Made by a program: the position numbers and the translations under genes | Shown: piece by piece, positions 1 to 10,998 of the stretch | Numbering within the stretch: position 1 is the first letter of the stretch | How the letters are laid out: each line of letters opens with the position of its first letter | Notes under the pieces: model-generated | Database searches by the model: none | Told to the model about the DNA's origin: nothing | Seen by the model: only the letters and a program-made list of their open reading frames with translations | From: Vulcanimicrobiota bacterium | GTDB lineage: Bacteria > Vulcanimicrobiota > Vulcanimicrobiia > Vulcanimicrobiales > Vulcanimicrobiaceae | Direction: 5' to 3' | Length of the DNA: 64,000 nucleotides | Assembly: GCA_963812155.1 (NCBI GenBank) | Contig: CAWETW010000003.1 | Location: 1,216,001 to 1,280,000, forward strand

Positions 1-448
1 CGAACTCGTGCGCAACGACGTGCGGGTGCGCGTCATCGGCGATTGGGAATCGCTGCCGCCGGCACCGCGCCGTGCGCTGGCCGATCTACAGCACGGAACC
101 GCGGCCAACGGGGGATTGCTGCTCAACCTCGCGGTCAACTACAGCTCGCATGCCGAACTGGCCCGCGCCGTACGCGCGATTGCCGCCGACGTGGCCGCCG
201 GTACGCTGCGTCCCGACGACGTCGACGAAGCCCTGATTGGGCGCTATCTCTACACCGCCGACCTTCCCGAACTCGATCTGCTCGTCCGTCCGGGCGGCGA
301 ACACCGGCTCTCGAACTTTTTGCTCTATCAGGCCGCCTATGCGGAACTCGTGCTCAGCGAGGTGCTCTGGCCGGACTTTACTGCCGACGATTTAACGCGC
401 GCGCTCGTGGAGTACGCGCAGCGCGAACGGCGCTTCGGAGGAGCGTGA
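1..448 (+). CDS. uppS: undecaprenyl diphosphate synthase (5' part outside window)
   Basis: Motifs LNLAVNY, DLLVRPGGEHRLSNFLLYQAAYAE, LWPDF, RERRFGG; upstream of cdsA-dxr-rseP. Confidence 0.95.
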   Translation, partial: ELVRNDVRVRVIGDWESLPPAPRRALADLQHGTAANGGLLLNLAVNYSSHAELARAVRAIAADVAAGTLRPDDVDEALIGRYLYTADLPELDLLVRPGGEHRLSNFLLYQAAYAELVLSEVLWPDFTADDLTRALVEYAQRERRFGGA

Positions 449-1296
449 GCGCTCGCGACGCGATCGCTACGAGCGGCGCCCGCACCAACCCGATCACCCT
501 GCGCCGCGTTGTCGTCGGCATCATCGTGGCGGCGATCGGCCTGGGCTGCGTTGCCGTTCCGTGGGCGTTCTATCTTCTGATCCTGGCGATCAGCCTGGCC
601 GCCATCTACGAACTCAACGCCCTGTGCGAGAAGAAGGGCCAGCCGCTGGAGTATCCCGTCGCCGTTGCCGGCGTCTGCGGCTACGTCTTGATGGCAGCAT
701 TCGGCACGCTGCACAAGTGGGAAGGCGTGCTGCTCGCGGGAATCGTTATCGCGGCCTTTTGGATCGGCATGTACGGCGAGCAAAAGGGCTACTTCGCGCG
801 CACGGCTTACACGCTGCTGGCGGCGCTGTACATCGGCAAGTTGCTGACGTACTTCGTATTCGTGCGGCAGATCCCGATCGACGGCATGTGGCTGACGTTC
901 TACGTCATTCTGATGGTCGCGTTGACCGACATCTTCGGTATGGTCGTCGGAACGTTCGTCGGCCGCCATCAATTGACGAAGGTCTCGCCGCGAAAAACGG
1001 TTGAAGGTTCGTTCGGTTCGCTGGTCGTCGTCACGGCGTTTGCCATCGCTGCGACGAGTTTCCCGCCGCTGCATCTGCTGTGGTGGCAGGGTGCGGTGCT
1101 CGGCCTGTTGACGAGCGTGGCCGCGCAGGCCGGCGACTTGGTCGAGTCCGCGCTCAAACGCGATGCCGGCGTGAAAGACGCAGGCGACATGATCGCGGGG
1201 CACGGCGGCGTGCTCGACCGCTTCGATTCGTATCTCTTCGGCGGCGTCGCGTTTTTCGCGACGCTCCACCTGCTCGGCGTGCTGCAGATGCAATGA
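445..1296 (+). CDS. cdsA: phosphatidate cytidylyltransferase
   Basis: GTG at 445 overlaps uppS stop (GTGA); multi-[39 protein letters not shown] signature. Confidence 0.95.
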   Translation: MSARDAIATSGARTNPITLRRVVVGIIVAAIGLGCVAVPWAFYLLILAISLAAIYELNALCEKKGQPLEYPVAVAGVCGYVLMAAFGTLHKWEGVLLAGIVIAAFWIGMYGEQKGYFARTAYTLLAALYIGKLLTYFVFVRQIPIDGMWLTFYVILMVALTDIFGMVVGTFVGRHQLTKVSPRKTVEGSFGSLVVVTAFAIAATSFPPLHLLWWQGAVLGLLTSVAAQAGDLVESALKRDAGVKDAGDMIAGHGGVLDRFDSYLFGGVAFFATLHLLGVLQMQ

Positions 1297-2448
1297 AGCG
1301 CAGACGGATCGCCATTCTCGGCAGCACCGGTTCGATCGGCACGCAAGCGCTCGACGTCGTCGCGCGCCATCCCGATCGCTTCGAGGTCGTAGGATTGGCC
1401 GCCGGCCGCAACGCCGACGCTGCTCGCGGAGCAATCCCAGCGTTTCGATTGCGCGCTGGCGACGACGGCTGCCGACGGGCCGCAGTCCCTGATCCGCGTT
1501 GCCGTCGAGAGCGAACCCGACGTCGTGCTCGCCGCAACCGACGGCGCGGTAGCGTTCGACGCGGTGTTTGCGGCGGTCGAACGCGGCACGACGATCGCCG
1601 TTGCCAATAAGGAACTCATCGTTGCCGCCGGCGAGTTGCTGGTCGCGGCGGCGGCGCGCAGCGGCGCGCGACTGCTTCCGGTCGATAGCGAGCACAGCGC
1701 GATCTTTCAATGTCTGATCGGCGAAGACGTCGCCGAAGCGTCGCGGCGATCGTGCTTACCGCGTCGGGCGGTCCGTTTTGGCGGTCGTCGCGCGAAGAAA
1801 TGGCCAACGCCGGCATCGCGCAAGCGCTCGCACATCCGACGTGGCGCATGGGTACGAAGAACACGATCGACTCCGCCACCATGATGAACAAGGGGCTGGA
1901 AGTCATCGAAGCCAGCCGGCTGTTCGGCATTCCGGCAGAACGCGTGCGCATCGTCGTTCATCCGCAGTCGATTGCACACGGTTTCGTCGTCTTCACCGAC
2001 GGCAGCGTCAAAGCGCAGCTCGCCGCGCCCGATATGCGACTGCCGATCGGCTACGCGCTGGCTTACCCAGAGCGTCTTTCGAACGGCGCGCCGAAGGGCG
2101 AGGGCGACAGCCTGCGGGCGCTCGGGGCGAAACCCGACCAAGCGCAACTCCGTTACGATTTCGAGCCACCCGATTTCGAACGGTTCCCATGCGTCGCGGC
2201 TGGCATACCGGGCGCTCGCCGAGGGCGGGGCCCTCCCGGCGGTGCTGTCGGCTGCAAACGAGGTCGCCGTCGAAGCGTTTGTCGAAGGGAGGATCGCCTT
2301 CGGAGAGATCGCCGGGATCATCGAGTCAACGATGGACTCGGTCGAAAGCGTGGAACCGACGCTGGCCGGCATCCGCGCGGCGGACGCCGGAGCTCGTCAA
2401 ACCGCAAAGGCACTCGTCGAACGAATCGAAAGGGCGTCGTGTCGCTAA
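1293..2448 (+). CDS. dxr: 1-deoxy-D-xylulose 5-phosphate reductoisomerase, split by ~3 frameshifts (~1420, ~1735, ~2195; probably sequencing indels)
   Basis: [66 protein letters not shown] found in successive frames. Confidence 0.9.
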
Positions 2449-3589
2449 CCGTCTCCACCCTCGTCGGAATCGAAAAGATCGTCACCTTCCTGCTCATGCT
2501 GTCGGTGCTGGTGGTGCTCCACGAGCTCGGCCACTTCGTGCTCGCGCGCCGAAACGGCGTGCGCGTCAACGAGTTCGCCATCGGGATGGGCCCCAAGCTC
2601 TTCGGCTGGAAGTCGCCGCGCAGCGGCACGCTGTACTCGCTTCGCGCGCTGCCGATCGGCGGCTACTGCGCGATGCAAGGCGAGGACGGGAAGACCTCCG
2701 AGGCCGAGCAGCAGCGCGAGTTTCGCGGTCGGAGGCGCTCGACGACGACAACTTTCAAGCGAAATCCGCGTGGCGGCGACTCGCCATCGTGCTTGCCGGA
2801 CCGGTAGCGAACTTCATTCTCTGCTACGCGATCCTGCTGATCGGTGCCCTGTCGTTCGGCGTCATCGGTGCCGGATCGCACGGCGTCGTTCAGCCGGTCG
2901 TGGGCATCGTCGTGCCGGGCTCACCGGCGGCGGTGGCCGGCCTGAAGATCGGCGACCGGATCGTCGAACTCGACGGTGTCGCCGTGACCAGCGGCGAAAA
3001 GCTCATCGACGTATTCACGGTTCGCTCGGCAAACGGCTCGATCTCGTATACTTGCGCAACGGCGCGCGCAACGAAGTGTACGTAACCTCCGAATCGTGCG
3101 CCCACCTCGGGAACGCGGGCGCAAAGAAGCTGGGTTGCATCGGGTTTACCCCGGTGCCGCAGTTCGAACGCGTCGGATTTCCCGAAGCGGTGCGCCAAAG
3201 CGGCATTGAGTTCGCCGGCATTGCCGATCAGACGGTCGGCAGCATCGTTCTGCTCGTCACGCACTTCACGAAGTACGCGCCGCAGATTTCCGGCGTCATC
3301 GGCATGGGTCAGGTCGCGACGACGATCCAGGATTGGGGATGGGGCCCGTACCTCTGGCTGGCCGCGACGATCTCGTTCGCGCTCGGACTCTTCAACTTGC
3401 TGCCGATTCCCGGCGCTCGACGGCGGACGCGCCGCGTTCATCATCGCCGAGCTCCTGCGCGGCAAGCCGGTCGATCCCGAAAAGGAAGCGATGGTGCACA
3501 TCGCCGGCTTCGCCGCGCTGATGGCGCTGATGCTGCTGATCGCGTTTCACGACATCGCGCGCATCGCCAGCGGCAACGGGGTCATGTAG
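2439..3589 (+). CDS. rseP: RIP metalloprotease RseP (M50 with PDZ), split by ~3 frameshifts (~2725, ~3015, ~3410)
   Basis: HELGH, LPIGGY, AGPVAN, PDZ GSPAAVAGLKIGDRI, FNLLPIP/ALDGG in successive frames. Confidence 0.9.
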
Positions 3590-3590
3590 C

Positions 3591-4736
3591 GTGATTCGCT
3601 TGCGCCGCCAAAGCAAGCCGATCTTCCTGCAGAACAAGACCGGCAAGTCCGACGCGAAGAGCGTGTGGATCGGCGGCGACCATCCGATCGTCGTGCAGTC
3701 GATGACGACGACCGATACCGCCGACGCCGACAAGACGCTCGAACAGATTTACGGCTTGACGATGGAAGGCTGCGAAGTCGTCCGCGTGACGGTCAAGGAT
3801 CCGCCCGACGCCGCGGGTCTGCCGGCCATCGTGCACCGCTCGCCGGTTCCGATCGTCGCGGACATTCACTTCGATCACAAGATGGCGCTCGCGGCCATCG
3901 AAGCCGGCGTCGCGAAGCTGCGTTTGAATCCCGGCAACATTCGCGACCCGAAGAAGGTCTCGGAAGTCGTGACCGCCGCGAAAGCACGCGGCATTCCGAT
4001 TCGCGTCGGCGTCAACATGGGTTCGCTCGCGCCGGATCTGGAGAAGACGCTCGGGCATACGGCCGAAGCGATGGTCGAATCGGCGCTGCGTCACGTCGAG
4101 ATGCTCGAAGAGCACGGTCACACCGACATCGCGATCTCGCTCAAGGCGCACGACGTGCTGACGACCGTCGCCGCCTACCGCCTGATGGACAAGCGCTTGC
4201 GCGAGCGCGACAACGCCCTACGCGCTGCATCTCGGCATCACCGAGGCGGGATTGCTGCGCGACGGCACGATCAAGTCGTCGATCGGTCTCGGCATTCTGC
4301 TGTTCGAAGGCATCGGCGATACGATTGCGCGTTTCGCTCGCGGCACGATCCGGTCGAAGAAGTGCCGGTCTGCTGGGACATTCTCAAGTCGCTCGGCCTG
4401 CGCGAAAAAGGCTTCGAAATCACCGCGTGTCCGTCGTGCGGCCGCGCCGAGATTTCGGTGCTCGAACTCGGCCGCGCGGTCGAAGCGATCGCAAAATCGT
4501 ACAACGCGCCGGTCAAGGTCGCCGTGATGGGCTGCGTCGTCAACGGACCGGGCGAATCGAAGATGGCCGACGTCGGCGTCGCCGGCGGAAAAGGCAAAGG
4601 CGCGATTTATCGCGCCGGCGAGTTGGTCGGCACGTATCCGGAAAGCGAACTGCTCGGCATGCTCCGTCTCGAGATCGAAAAGGTCATCGTGGAGAAATAT
4701 CCGGAGTACGTCCACGAGATCGGCGCCCAAACGTGA
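3591..4736 (+). CDS. ispG: 4-hydroxy-3-methylbut-2-en-1-yl diphosphate synthase, internal frameshifts ~4217-4345
   Basis: [46 protein letters not shown] in another frame, [17 protein letters not shown]. Confidence 0.93.
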   Translation: MIRLRRQSKPIFLQNKTGKSDAKSVWIGGDHPIVVQSMTTTDTADADKTLEQIYGLTMEGCEVVRVTVKDPPDAAGLPAIVHRSPVPIVADIHFDHKMALAAIEAGVAKLRLNPGNIRDPKKVSEVVTAAKARGIPIRVGVNMGSLAPDLEKTLGHTAEAMVESALRHVEMLEEHGHTDIAISLKAHDVLTTVAAYRLMDKRLRERDNALRAASRHHRGGIAARRHDQVVDRSRHSAVRRHRRYDCAFRSRHDPVEEVPVCWDILKSLGLREKGFEITACPSCGRAEISVLELGRAVEAIAKSYNAPVKVAVMGCVVNGPGESKMADVGVAGGKGKGAIYRAGELVGTYPESELLGMLRLEIEKVIVEKYPEYVHEIGAQT

Positions 4737-5206
4737 CGTACCGAGCGCCGGGCAACGCGTCACGCTCGGCTCGGTCGCGGTGCTCGCGCTCCTCGCTTCC
4801 GCGCTGCTGGCGTTTTCGCGGCCGGTGGAGATGATGGTCGACGGCGAGCGCGTCGAAAGTGACGTGCCGCCCGTGACGACCGCCGACGACCGCGTCTTCG
4901 TCCCGATTCGCAGCTTTGCTCGCGCTCTCGGCGCCCAGACGTCCGGCGAAGACGGCCACATCGACGTCGTGCGTGGAAGTCAATCGCTGCGCGTGAAGGC
5001 CGGCGACGTGCGCGCCACGGTCAACGGCAAGCCGATGACCTTGACGCACGCGCCATTTCTCGTGCGCGGCCGCGTCATGGTGGAACTCGACACGCTTGCC
5101 GGCGCCTTCAACGTACGCGCGCGTTACGACGCGCGCACCGCGCGCATCGAGCGTGTTGACGCCCGGTACCGGACAAGCTCCGGCGTCCCCAGTAAGCACG
5201 CAATAA
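4733..5206 (+). CDS. secreted copper amine oxidase N-terminal (stalk) domain protein; frameshifted near both ends
   Basis: Signal peptide, DRVFVPIRSFARALGA, ATVNGKPMTLTHAPFLVRGRVMV; plausible C-terminus VLTPGTGQAPASPVSTQ* in shifted frame ending 5206. Confidence 0.7.
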
Positions 5207-5218
5207 GGGGGCCGCACG

Positions 5219-6157
5219 ATGCGCTCGTATGCCGTCGCCCTCTCGGTGCTCTGCGCCACGCTGCTTGCGGCATGCGGCGAACGTGGACCCGAAGCGTTCA
5301 ACGCGGTTCCCGCAGCTGCAGCCTTCGGTGGAGGTATGCAGGGCGCGTGGATGTCGCCGGCGGCCAAGAATCCCGACCTGCTCTATATCGCTACCGGCGA
5401 CGACGCCTACATCGTGACCTATCCGGGCGGGAAACTCGTGGGTGCCTTGGGCCTCAACTTCGCGTCGTCGCTGTGCACGGACCGTGCCGGGAATGTCTTC
5501 TTTCCAGTGGGAAAAGTCGTGGAGTATCAGCACGGGAGCCTGCGCCCGTCGCGCGTGCTGGATACCGACAATCTCATTGCGGTAAGCTGTGCGGTCGATA
5601 GGACGACGAACGATCTCGCCGTCATGTGCTGGTCCTCGGGGGCCAGTGCCGTCTTAGTCTATCCAAACGAGCAGATGACGCCCGTGTTCTACGGCACCGG
5701 ATTCGACGCCATCGGTCAGGGCGGCTATGACGACAAAGGCGACCTTTTCGTGGATGGAAACAATAGCCTGGCCGAACTTCGAAAGGGCAGCTCAGAGTTT
5801 GCGTATTATTCGCTCGACTACCGCTTCGATCCGTACGGCGCCATCCAGTGGGACGGTACGCACATGACCATCTCGCGTCCGTCCCATCACGAGATCTATC
5901 GCATCGAGACGGCGGGGTCTTCGCTGAAGATCATCGGAACGACGCACCTTCACGATTGGCACAATCCCTATAACGGAAATTATCCGTTCGTGCAGACGTG
6001 GATTCAAGGCGGCACGTTTATCGCTCAAGACGGTATTGGGGGCGACATTGGTTTATGGCCGTATCCCGAAGGTCACGAACACACGAAGACGATTCGCGGC
6101 TTTCGCAGCGGCCAGGTCAATATTTACGGCGTCGCGGTCAGCCTCGCAAAACGCTGA
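5219..6157 (+). CDS. secreted lipoprotein, probable beta-propeller-like fold
   Basis: Lipobox LLAAC; repeated short beta motifs (LLYIA, GNVFF, GDLFVDG, IQWDG, YGVAVS). Confidence 0.7.
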   Translation: MRSYAVALSVLCATLLAACGERGPEAFNAVPAAAAFGGGMQGAWMSPAAKNPDLLYIATGDDAYIVTYPGGKLVGALGLNFASSLCTDRAGNVFFPVGKVVEYQHGSLRPSRVLDTDNLIAVSCAVDRTTNDLAVMCWSSGASAVLVYPNEQMTPVFYGTGFDAIGQGGYDDKGDLFVDGNNSLAELRKGSSEFAYYSLDYRFDPYGAIQWDGTHMTISRPSHHEIYRIETAGSSLKIIGTTHLHDWHNPYNGNYPFVQTWIQGGTFIAQDGIGGDIGLWPYPEGHEHTKTIRGFRSGQVNIYGVAVSLAKR

Positions 6158-6164
6158 CGCTCCG

Positions 6165-7691
6165 CTAGACCGATTCGGCTAAGCCTTCGGGTTCCACGAC
6201 GGGAACGACGTTTGCGGGATCCGATTTGCGGAATCCGTACGCGAAGAAGAATATCAGCCCCGCAACGAGCGCGATGACGAACCACGTCCACGTCGCGCGA
6301 GAGAGGCCGAAGACCGCGAGGAAAAGCGAGCAAACGATTCCGAGGATCGGAAAGAGTGGAACGAACGGCACGCGGAAACTGCGCGGCATATCCGGTTTGC
6401 GCTTGCGCAGATAGAGAACGCCGGCACAGACGACCGTAAACGCGATTAGCGTTCCGATGTTCACGAGGTTGAGCAGATTGTTCAGGGGCACGATGAGCGC
6501 GAGCACCGCAACGACGACGCCGGTGATGAGCGTCGTACGCAGCGGCGTCTTGAAGCGCGGATGCACGACGGCGACGGCCGGCGGCAGCATGCCGTCGCGC
6601 GCCATAACGTAAAAGATGCGCGACTGGCCGAGCAGCGAGGCGAGCGCGACGCTCGTCGTGCCGGCCAATACGCCGATGGTAATGACCCAATTGAGTGCCG
6701 GCATGTGCAGCGGTGCGAGCGCGTAGACCAGTGGATTCTTGATCGGCACCTGATTCCAAGGTACCGCGCCGACCAATACGATCGCAGTTGCGCAGTAGAT
6801 CAGCGTTCCGATCGCGAGGGCGCCGATCACGCCGACCGGTACGTCGAACTGCGGATTCTTGCACTCCTCGGCGGTCGTCGTCGCGGTATCGAACCCGATG
6901 TAACTGAAAAAGACGTACGCACCGATCGCGATGATACCGTAGGGCTGCGCCGACGACGAGTAGTCGGCCATTCCGCCGAACGGCTTGAGCGTTCCCCAGC
7001 CGATGGGGTTGAAATTGTGCAAATTGACCGCATGAAAGAGCAGCAAGCCGGCCGCGACGAAAACGACGAGGGCCGAAATTTTCAGCACGACGAAGATGTT
7101 GTTCGCCGTCGCGGATTCTCGGATGCCGACCGAAAGCAGAAGGCTCAATCCGATGACGAAGAGCGCGCCGACGACGTCGCACTGCGAGTGGGCGAGGTCC
7201 CAGCTCGACGGATTCCACCACGGTCCGTTGAAGATCAAGTTCGATTGTTGCGCCCACGCCGGCAGTGCCAAGCCCACGGTCTTGAACACGTCTTGGATCG
7301 ACGCCGAGAACTGCTGCGCGACGGGCGCTGCGCTGATGCCGTATTCGAAGATCAACGCGAAACCGATGATCCAGGCGAAGAGTTTCCCGAGCGTCGCGTA
7401 GGCGTAGGTGTACGCGCTCCCCGCGACCGGCACCATCGCGCCGAGTTCCGCGTAGCACAGTGCGGCAAAAAACGACGTAAGTCCGGCCAGCAGATAGGAG
7501 ATGATGACCGCCGGGCCGGCACCTTTGACGCCGGTACCGATGGTCGTGAAGATTCCGCCGCCGATCATCGTTCCAAGACCGATCGCGACGAGATCCTTCG
7601 CCGTTAGCGCGCGGCGAAGGATCTTGCTCTTGCTCATCTCGCGGAGCTTGTCGACGTTGGTCGTCGCGAAGAGTTCCGAGACGAATGACAT
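6165..7691 (-). CDS. APC-family amino acid permease
   Basis: GLGTMIGGGIF, CYAELGAMVPVAGSAYTY, YIGFD, SRIFYVMARDGMLP, RSFRVPFVP; many TM segments. Confidence 0.93.
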   Translation of the reverse strand: MSFVSELFATTNVDKLREMSKSKILRRALTAKDLVAIGLGTMIGGGIFTTIGTGVKGAGPAVIISYLLAGLTSFFAALCYAELGAMVPVAGSAYTYAYATLGKLFAWIIGFALIFEYGISAAPVAQQFSASIQDVFKTVGLALPAWAQQSNLIFNGPWWNPSSWDLAHSQCDVVGALFVIGLSLLLSVGIRESATANNIFVVLKISALVVFVAAGLLLFHAVNLHNFNPIGWGTLKPFGGMADYSSSAQPYGIIAIGAYVFFSYIGFDTATTTAEECKNPQFDVPVGVIGALAIGTLIYCATAIVLVGAVPWNQVPIKNPLVYALAPLHMPALNWVITIGVLAGTTSVALASLLGQSRIFYVMARDGMLPPAVAVVHPRFKTPLRTTLITGVVVAVLALIVPLNNLLNLVNIGTLIAFTVVCAGVLYLRKRKPDMPRSFRVPFVPLFPILGIVCSLFLAVFGLSRATWTWFVIALVAGLIFFFAYGFRKSDPANVVPVVEPEGLAESV

Positions 7692-7748
7692 GCGGGCCGG
7701 GGTTCGCAAGCCAGGAGACCCGCTCCCCTGCGCCCAAAGCCGCCACCG

Positions 7749-8399
7749 ATGCGTTCGACTCAGTTGGCGCTCCGCGTCTGCTTAGTCGCAGTCGCCGCCG
7801 CCTTGGCCGCCGCGGCGGCGCACGTCCTGACCGACGTCGCCGGCGACTATCTCCTGTCACACGACGCCTATGACGGCGTCGCGCATCACTCCCGGCCCGT
7901 GCTGCTTGCCTTGGCCGGCCTCGTGCTGCTCGTCGCGGCATTGCGCATCATTTGCGACCTGCTCGATCGCCGCTGCAGTTCGAAGACCTCGATGCTCGCC
8001 GCGGTGCGTGCCGCGCTCGGACATCCTGCGGTGTTTGCCGTCGCGTCGGGCGCCGCAGCAATCGCCGCGCTGGCCGGGATGGAGTTTTTCGACTGTTCGC
8101 TGGCCGGAAGAATCGCCGGCATTGACGACCTCTTCGGCGGATCGGTTGCTCTAGGCGGCGGCACCGCGCTGTTCCTCGGCGCGGCTTGCGGATGGATAAT
8201 CCACCGCTGCGTCCGGCTCGTCGCAAAATACGAAGCGCCGATTGCCGCCTTGATCGGATCGGTTCTAAAGCTCGCGACGGGCATTCCGGTCGCGGTCACA
8301 TCGCAATGCCGCGCCGCGACGGTGCCGTGCATCGCATACGCGTTGATCCTCACGCGGCAGGGCCGCAAGCGCGGACCGCCGCGCCCCGTTTTCGGCTAA
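7749..8399 (+). CDS. membrane protein with C-terminal RGPP motif; putative regulatory leader of the downstream TonB-dependent receptor
   Basis: ~4 hydrophobic segments, SHDAYDGVAHHS loop, ends RKRGPPRPVFG; 41 nt upstream of TBDR. Confidence 0.65.
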   Translation: MRSTQLALRVCLVAVAAALAAAAAHVLTDVAGDYLLSHDAYDGVAHHSRPVLLALAGLVLLVAALRIICDLLDRRCSSKTSMLAAVRAALGHPAVFAVASGAAAIAALAGMEFFDCSLAGRIAGIDDLFGGSVALGGGTALFLGAACGWIIHRCVRLVAKYEAPIAALIGSVLKLATGIPVAVTSQCRAATVPCIAYALILTRQGRKRGPPRPVFG

Positions 8400-8440
8400 T
8401 CCTCTCACACTCGTACACGCCGTAAACGGAAGGTTTTCCC

Positions 8441-10969
8441 ATGAGGAAACTCATTATGCGCGCACGCGCCTGCTGCGCGCTGCTCGCGCTCTCCGGCATC
8501 CTGGTCCCCTGCGCCGCACTCGCGGCCGCAGCGGTCGACGTCACCGGCACGGTCACCGCGCCCGACGGCACCCCGGTCGCGGGCGCTTTGGTGACGCTCT
8601 CCGCGCCCGGTCGCATGAAGTCCGCAACGACCGACGCGCGCGGCTCGTTCGCGATCTCCGGCGTCACGTTCGGCACCTATGCGGTGCACGCCGCCGCTCC
8701 CGGTTTTGCAACGATCTCGGAGCAGACCGTCACGATCGACGAGCGGAGTTCGACGATCTCGGTGGTGCTCGAACGCGCGACCACCAACTCGCTCACGGTG
8801 ATCGGCCACGTGCGCGCGTCGGCGGGCGAAACCGTCTCGACCGCATCGGCGCCCAGCGTGACCCTCAGCGCGCAGGATGCGGCAGCGGCGGGCGTGACGG
8901 CGGTTTCTTCGATGGTATGGAATCAGTTGAATACGACGCCGGTCATTCCGCTGGGCGGAGGCAGTAACGCAACTGCAGCCTTCGCGCTGCGCGGGCCGGA
9001 CCCGACCGAAACGCTGGTCGATATCGACGGACACGCGATGAATAACGGAAACACGGGCGACTACGATCTCTCGCTGCTCGATCCGGCCGCACTGCAAAAC
9101 GTACAGCTGGTCTATGGAATCGCACCGTCGTCACTGGTCGGCCCCGACACGCTCGGCGGCGCAATCAACGTGCAGACGCTGCAGCCGACGCTCGCGCCGC
9201 ACGCGCTGGTACGCCTCTTCGGCGGCTCCTACGGAAGCTTCGGTGAGACCGCGCAGGCCACCGGTTCCGATCAGCTCTTCGGGTACGCGCTCTCGTTTCA
9301 CGGCGCGTCGTCGAACGGATCGATCAATCAAACCGTTCTAGCGCCTCCCGACGCCGGCGCGCCGCCGGCGCGGCACGAGACGCTGCAATCCGTCGGCAGC
9401 GACTCATACGGAACGTCGTTCATATCGAAGCTGCGCTATCAACTCGGCGGCGACCAAGGCTACGGGTATCTGCAGCTCAATTTTCGCAATCAAGCGATTT
9501 CCAAGGACGACTCCGCGCTGCTGACGACGTATACGCCGCCGGGCTTTGAAGGCGGCGGCGGCGACGACGCCGTCCCCGGCAAAGCCAACCCCAACGACTT
9601 ACCGCTCCTCGGCGGTTACCAAAGTTTCGCCGGCACGAACCTCACGGCGCACCAATCGAACTACGGATTCGACGCGCAGGTTCCATTGGGCAACGAAAAA
9701 CTCGACGGCGCGCCCGCGACGATGCTGCTGTTGAGCCATCTCACGTCGGTGAACTCGCAATCGGTCGACGGTCCCGGCGAAGGCGCGCAGCCCTACCTTT
9801 ATAACCAGCACGACTCATTGGGCGACGACTGGCTCGAGATCGACCATCGCTTTCCCTCGGGCTTGCTCTCATTCAAGTACGATTTAGGGACGGAGTCGCT
9901 CACGACGAACTACGTGCAAAGCCAAATCACCGCCGAGCTGGTGCACGCTCCCGTTCGCGCCAATGCATTTTCGCCGAACGACGAAGGGCCGCCAGTCAAC
10001 AACCTGGGGCTATCGCAGACCACGCGCTCGATGGTGCTACGGTACAACGGCGACCCGACCAGCCAGATTCACTATTCGCTGGCTGCGTATTACAGCAACT
10101 ACAGCACGTTCGGGACGAGCTTCGACCCGCGCGGCAGCGTCGTGTGGACGCCGACGGGCAGCACCTCGCTGCGCGCGTCGATCGGTTCGACGTTCCAGAC
10201 GCCGCAACTTTCCGAGCTGGTCGTGCTCCCGCCGGCCGACCGGGTTCCCGTCGGCGGCATCATCTTCATCGGAAACGCGAATCTCAAACCCGATTTCGCC
10301 ACCGAATACGATTTCGGCGGCGAACAGATCTTCGGCCGCCTGGGGCATCAGCTGCACCTCTCCGCGGACATCTACCAAACGAACTTGCGCGGACCGGCCA
10401 ATCAGCTCGAGGTCGACCCCGTCCCGGGCTGTCAAAGCGACCGGCATCCCAACCGCATCTGTCCGCTGAGTTACCCGGTCAACGCGGGCAACGGTACCTA
10501 CCGCGGGATCGATCTCACTGCGGAGCAGCAACTCGGTCCCTCGTTCCGGCTGCGCGCCGGTTGGGACGTCGACAGTTCCTTCATCACGGCCGTTCCGGAG
10601 AATATTCAAGACGGAACGCTCGTCATCGGCGAACAGACGCTCGGACAACCGTTGCACAAGGCGTACTTCGGCGTGGATCGACAGGTGCCGCAAGGTCTCG
10701 TCTACGGCGCGCAGCTCAACTACGAGGGTTGGTACAACGAACTCAACCGCACGCCGTACGCTACCCTCGACGCGCACGTCGCCTACCGTCACGGTGGCTA
10801 CGAGTTCGGCGTCTACGGAACCAATCTGACCAACGTCTACGCGACGCCGTTCACCATCGTCGGCGGCGGCGTACTCTACGGCACGGTGCCGGGCAATCCG
10901 ATGATCACACCCAACGCCTTCAATCTCGAGGGAGCGAAGCTCGTTTTCGTAATCACGCGCTCAATTTAA
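8441..10969 (+). CDS. TonB-dependent receptor with N-terminal carboxypeptidase-regulatory-like domain
   Basis: Signal peptide, VTGTVTAPDGTPVAGALVTL, plug FALRG..TLVDIDG, LGGAINVQT, GNANLKPD, NLTN, C-terminal beta strand. Confidence 0.9.
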   Translation: MRKLIMRARACCALLALSGILVPCAALAAAAVDVTGTVTAPDGTPVAGALVTLSAPGRMKSATTDARGSFAISGVTFGTYAVHAAAPGFATISEQTVTIDERSSTISVVLERATTNSLTVIGHVRASAGETVSTASAPSVTLSAQDAAAAGVTAVSSMVWNQLNTTPVIPLGGGSNATAAFALRGPDPTETLVDIDGHAMNNGNTGDYDLSLLDPAALQNVQLVYGIAPSSLVGPDTLGGAINVQTLQPTLAPHALVRLFGGSYGSFGETAQATGSDQLFGYALSFHGASSNGSINQTVLAPPDAGAPPARHETLQSVGSDSYGTSFISKLRYQLGGDQGYGYLQLNFRNQAISKDDSALLTTYTPPGFEGGGGDDAVPGKANPNDLPLLGGYQSFAGTNLTAHQSNYGFDAQVPLGNEKLDGAPATMLLLSHLTSVNSQSVDGPGEGAQPYLYNQHDSLGDDWLEIDHRFPSGLLSFKYDLGTESLTTNYVQSQITAELVHAPVRANAFSPNDEGPPVNNLGLSQTTRSMVLRYNGDPTSQIHYSLAAYYSNYSTFGTSFDPRGSVVWTPTGSTSLRASIGSTFQTPQLSELVVLPPADRVPVGGIIFIGNANLKPDFATEYDFGGEQIFGRLGHQLHLSADIYQTNLRGPANQLEVDPVPGCQSDRHPNRICPLSYPVNAGNGTYRGIDLTAEQQLGPSFRLRAGWDVDSSFITAVPENIQDGTLVIGEQTLGQPLHKAYFGVDRQVPQGLVYGAQLNYEGWYNELNRTPYATLDAHVAYRHGGYEFGVYGTNLTNVYATPFTIVGGGVLYGTVPGNPMITPNAFNLEGAKLVFVITRSI

Positions 10970-10970
10970 A

Positions 10971-10998
10971 CCTTCGACTGCGGCGCTCAGGGTGACAC
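10971..10998 (+). repeat. REP-like interspersed repeat, copy 1 (short)
   Basis: CCTTCGACTGCG-GCGCTCAGGGTGACAC; same ends as copies at 38385 and 60633. Confidence 0.7.
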
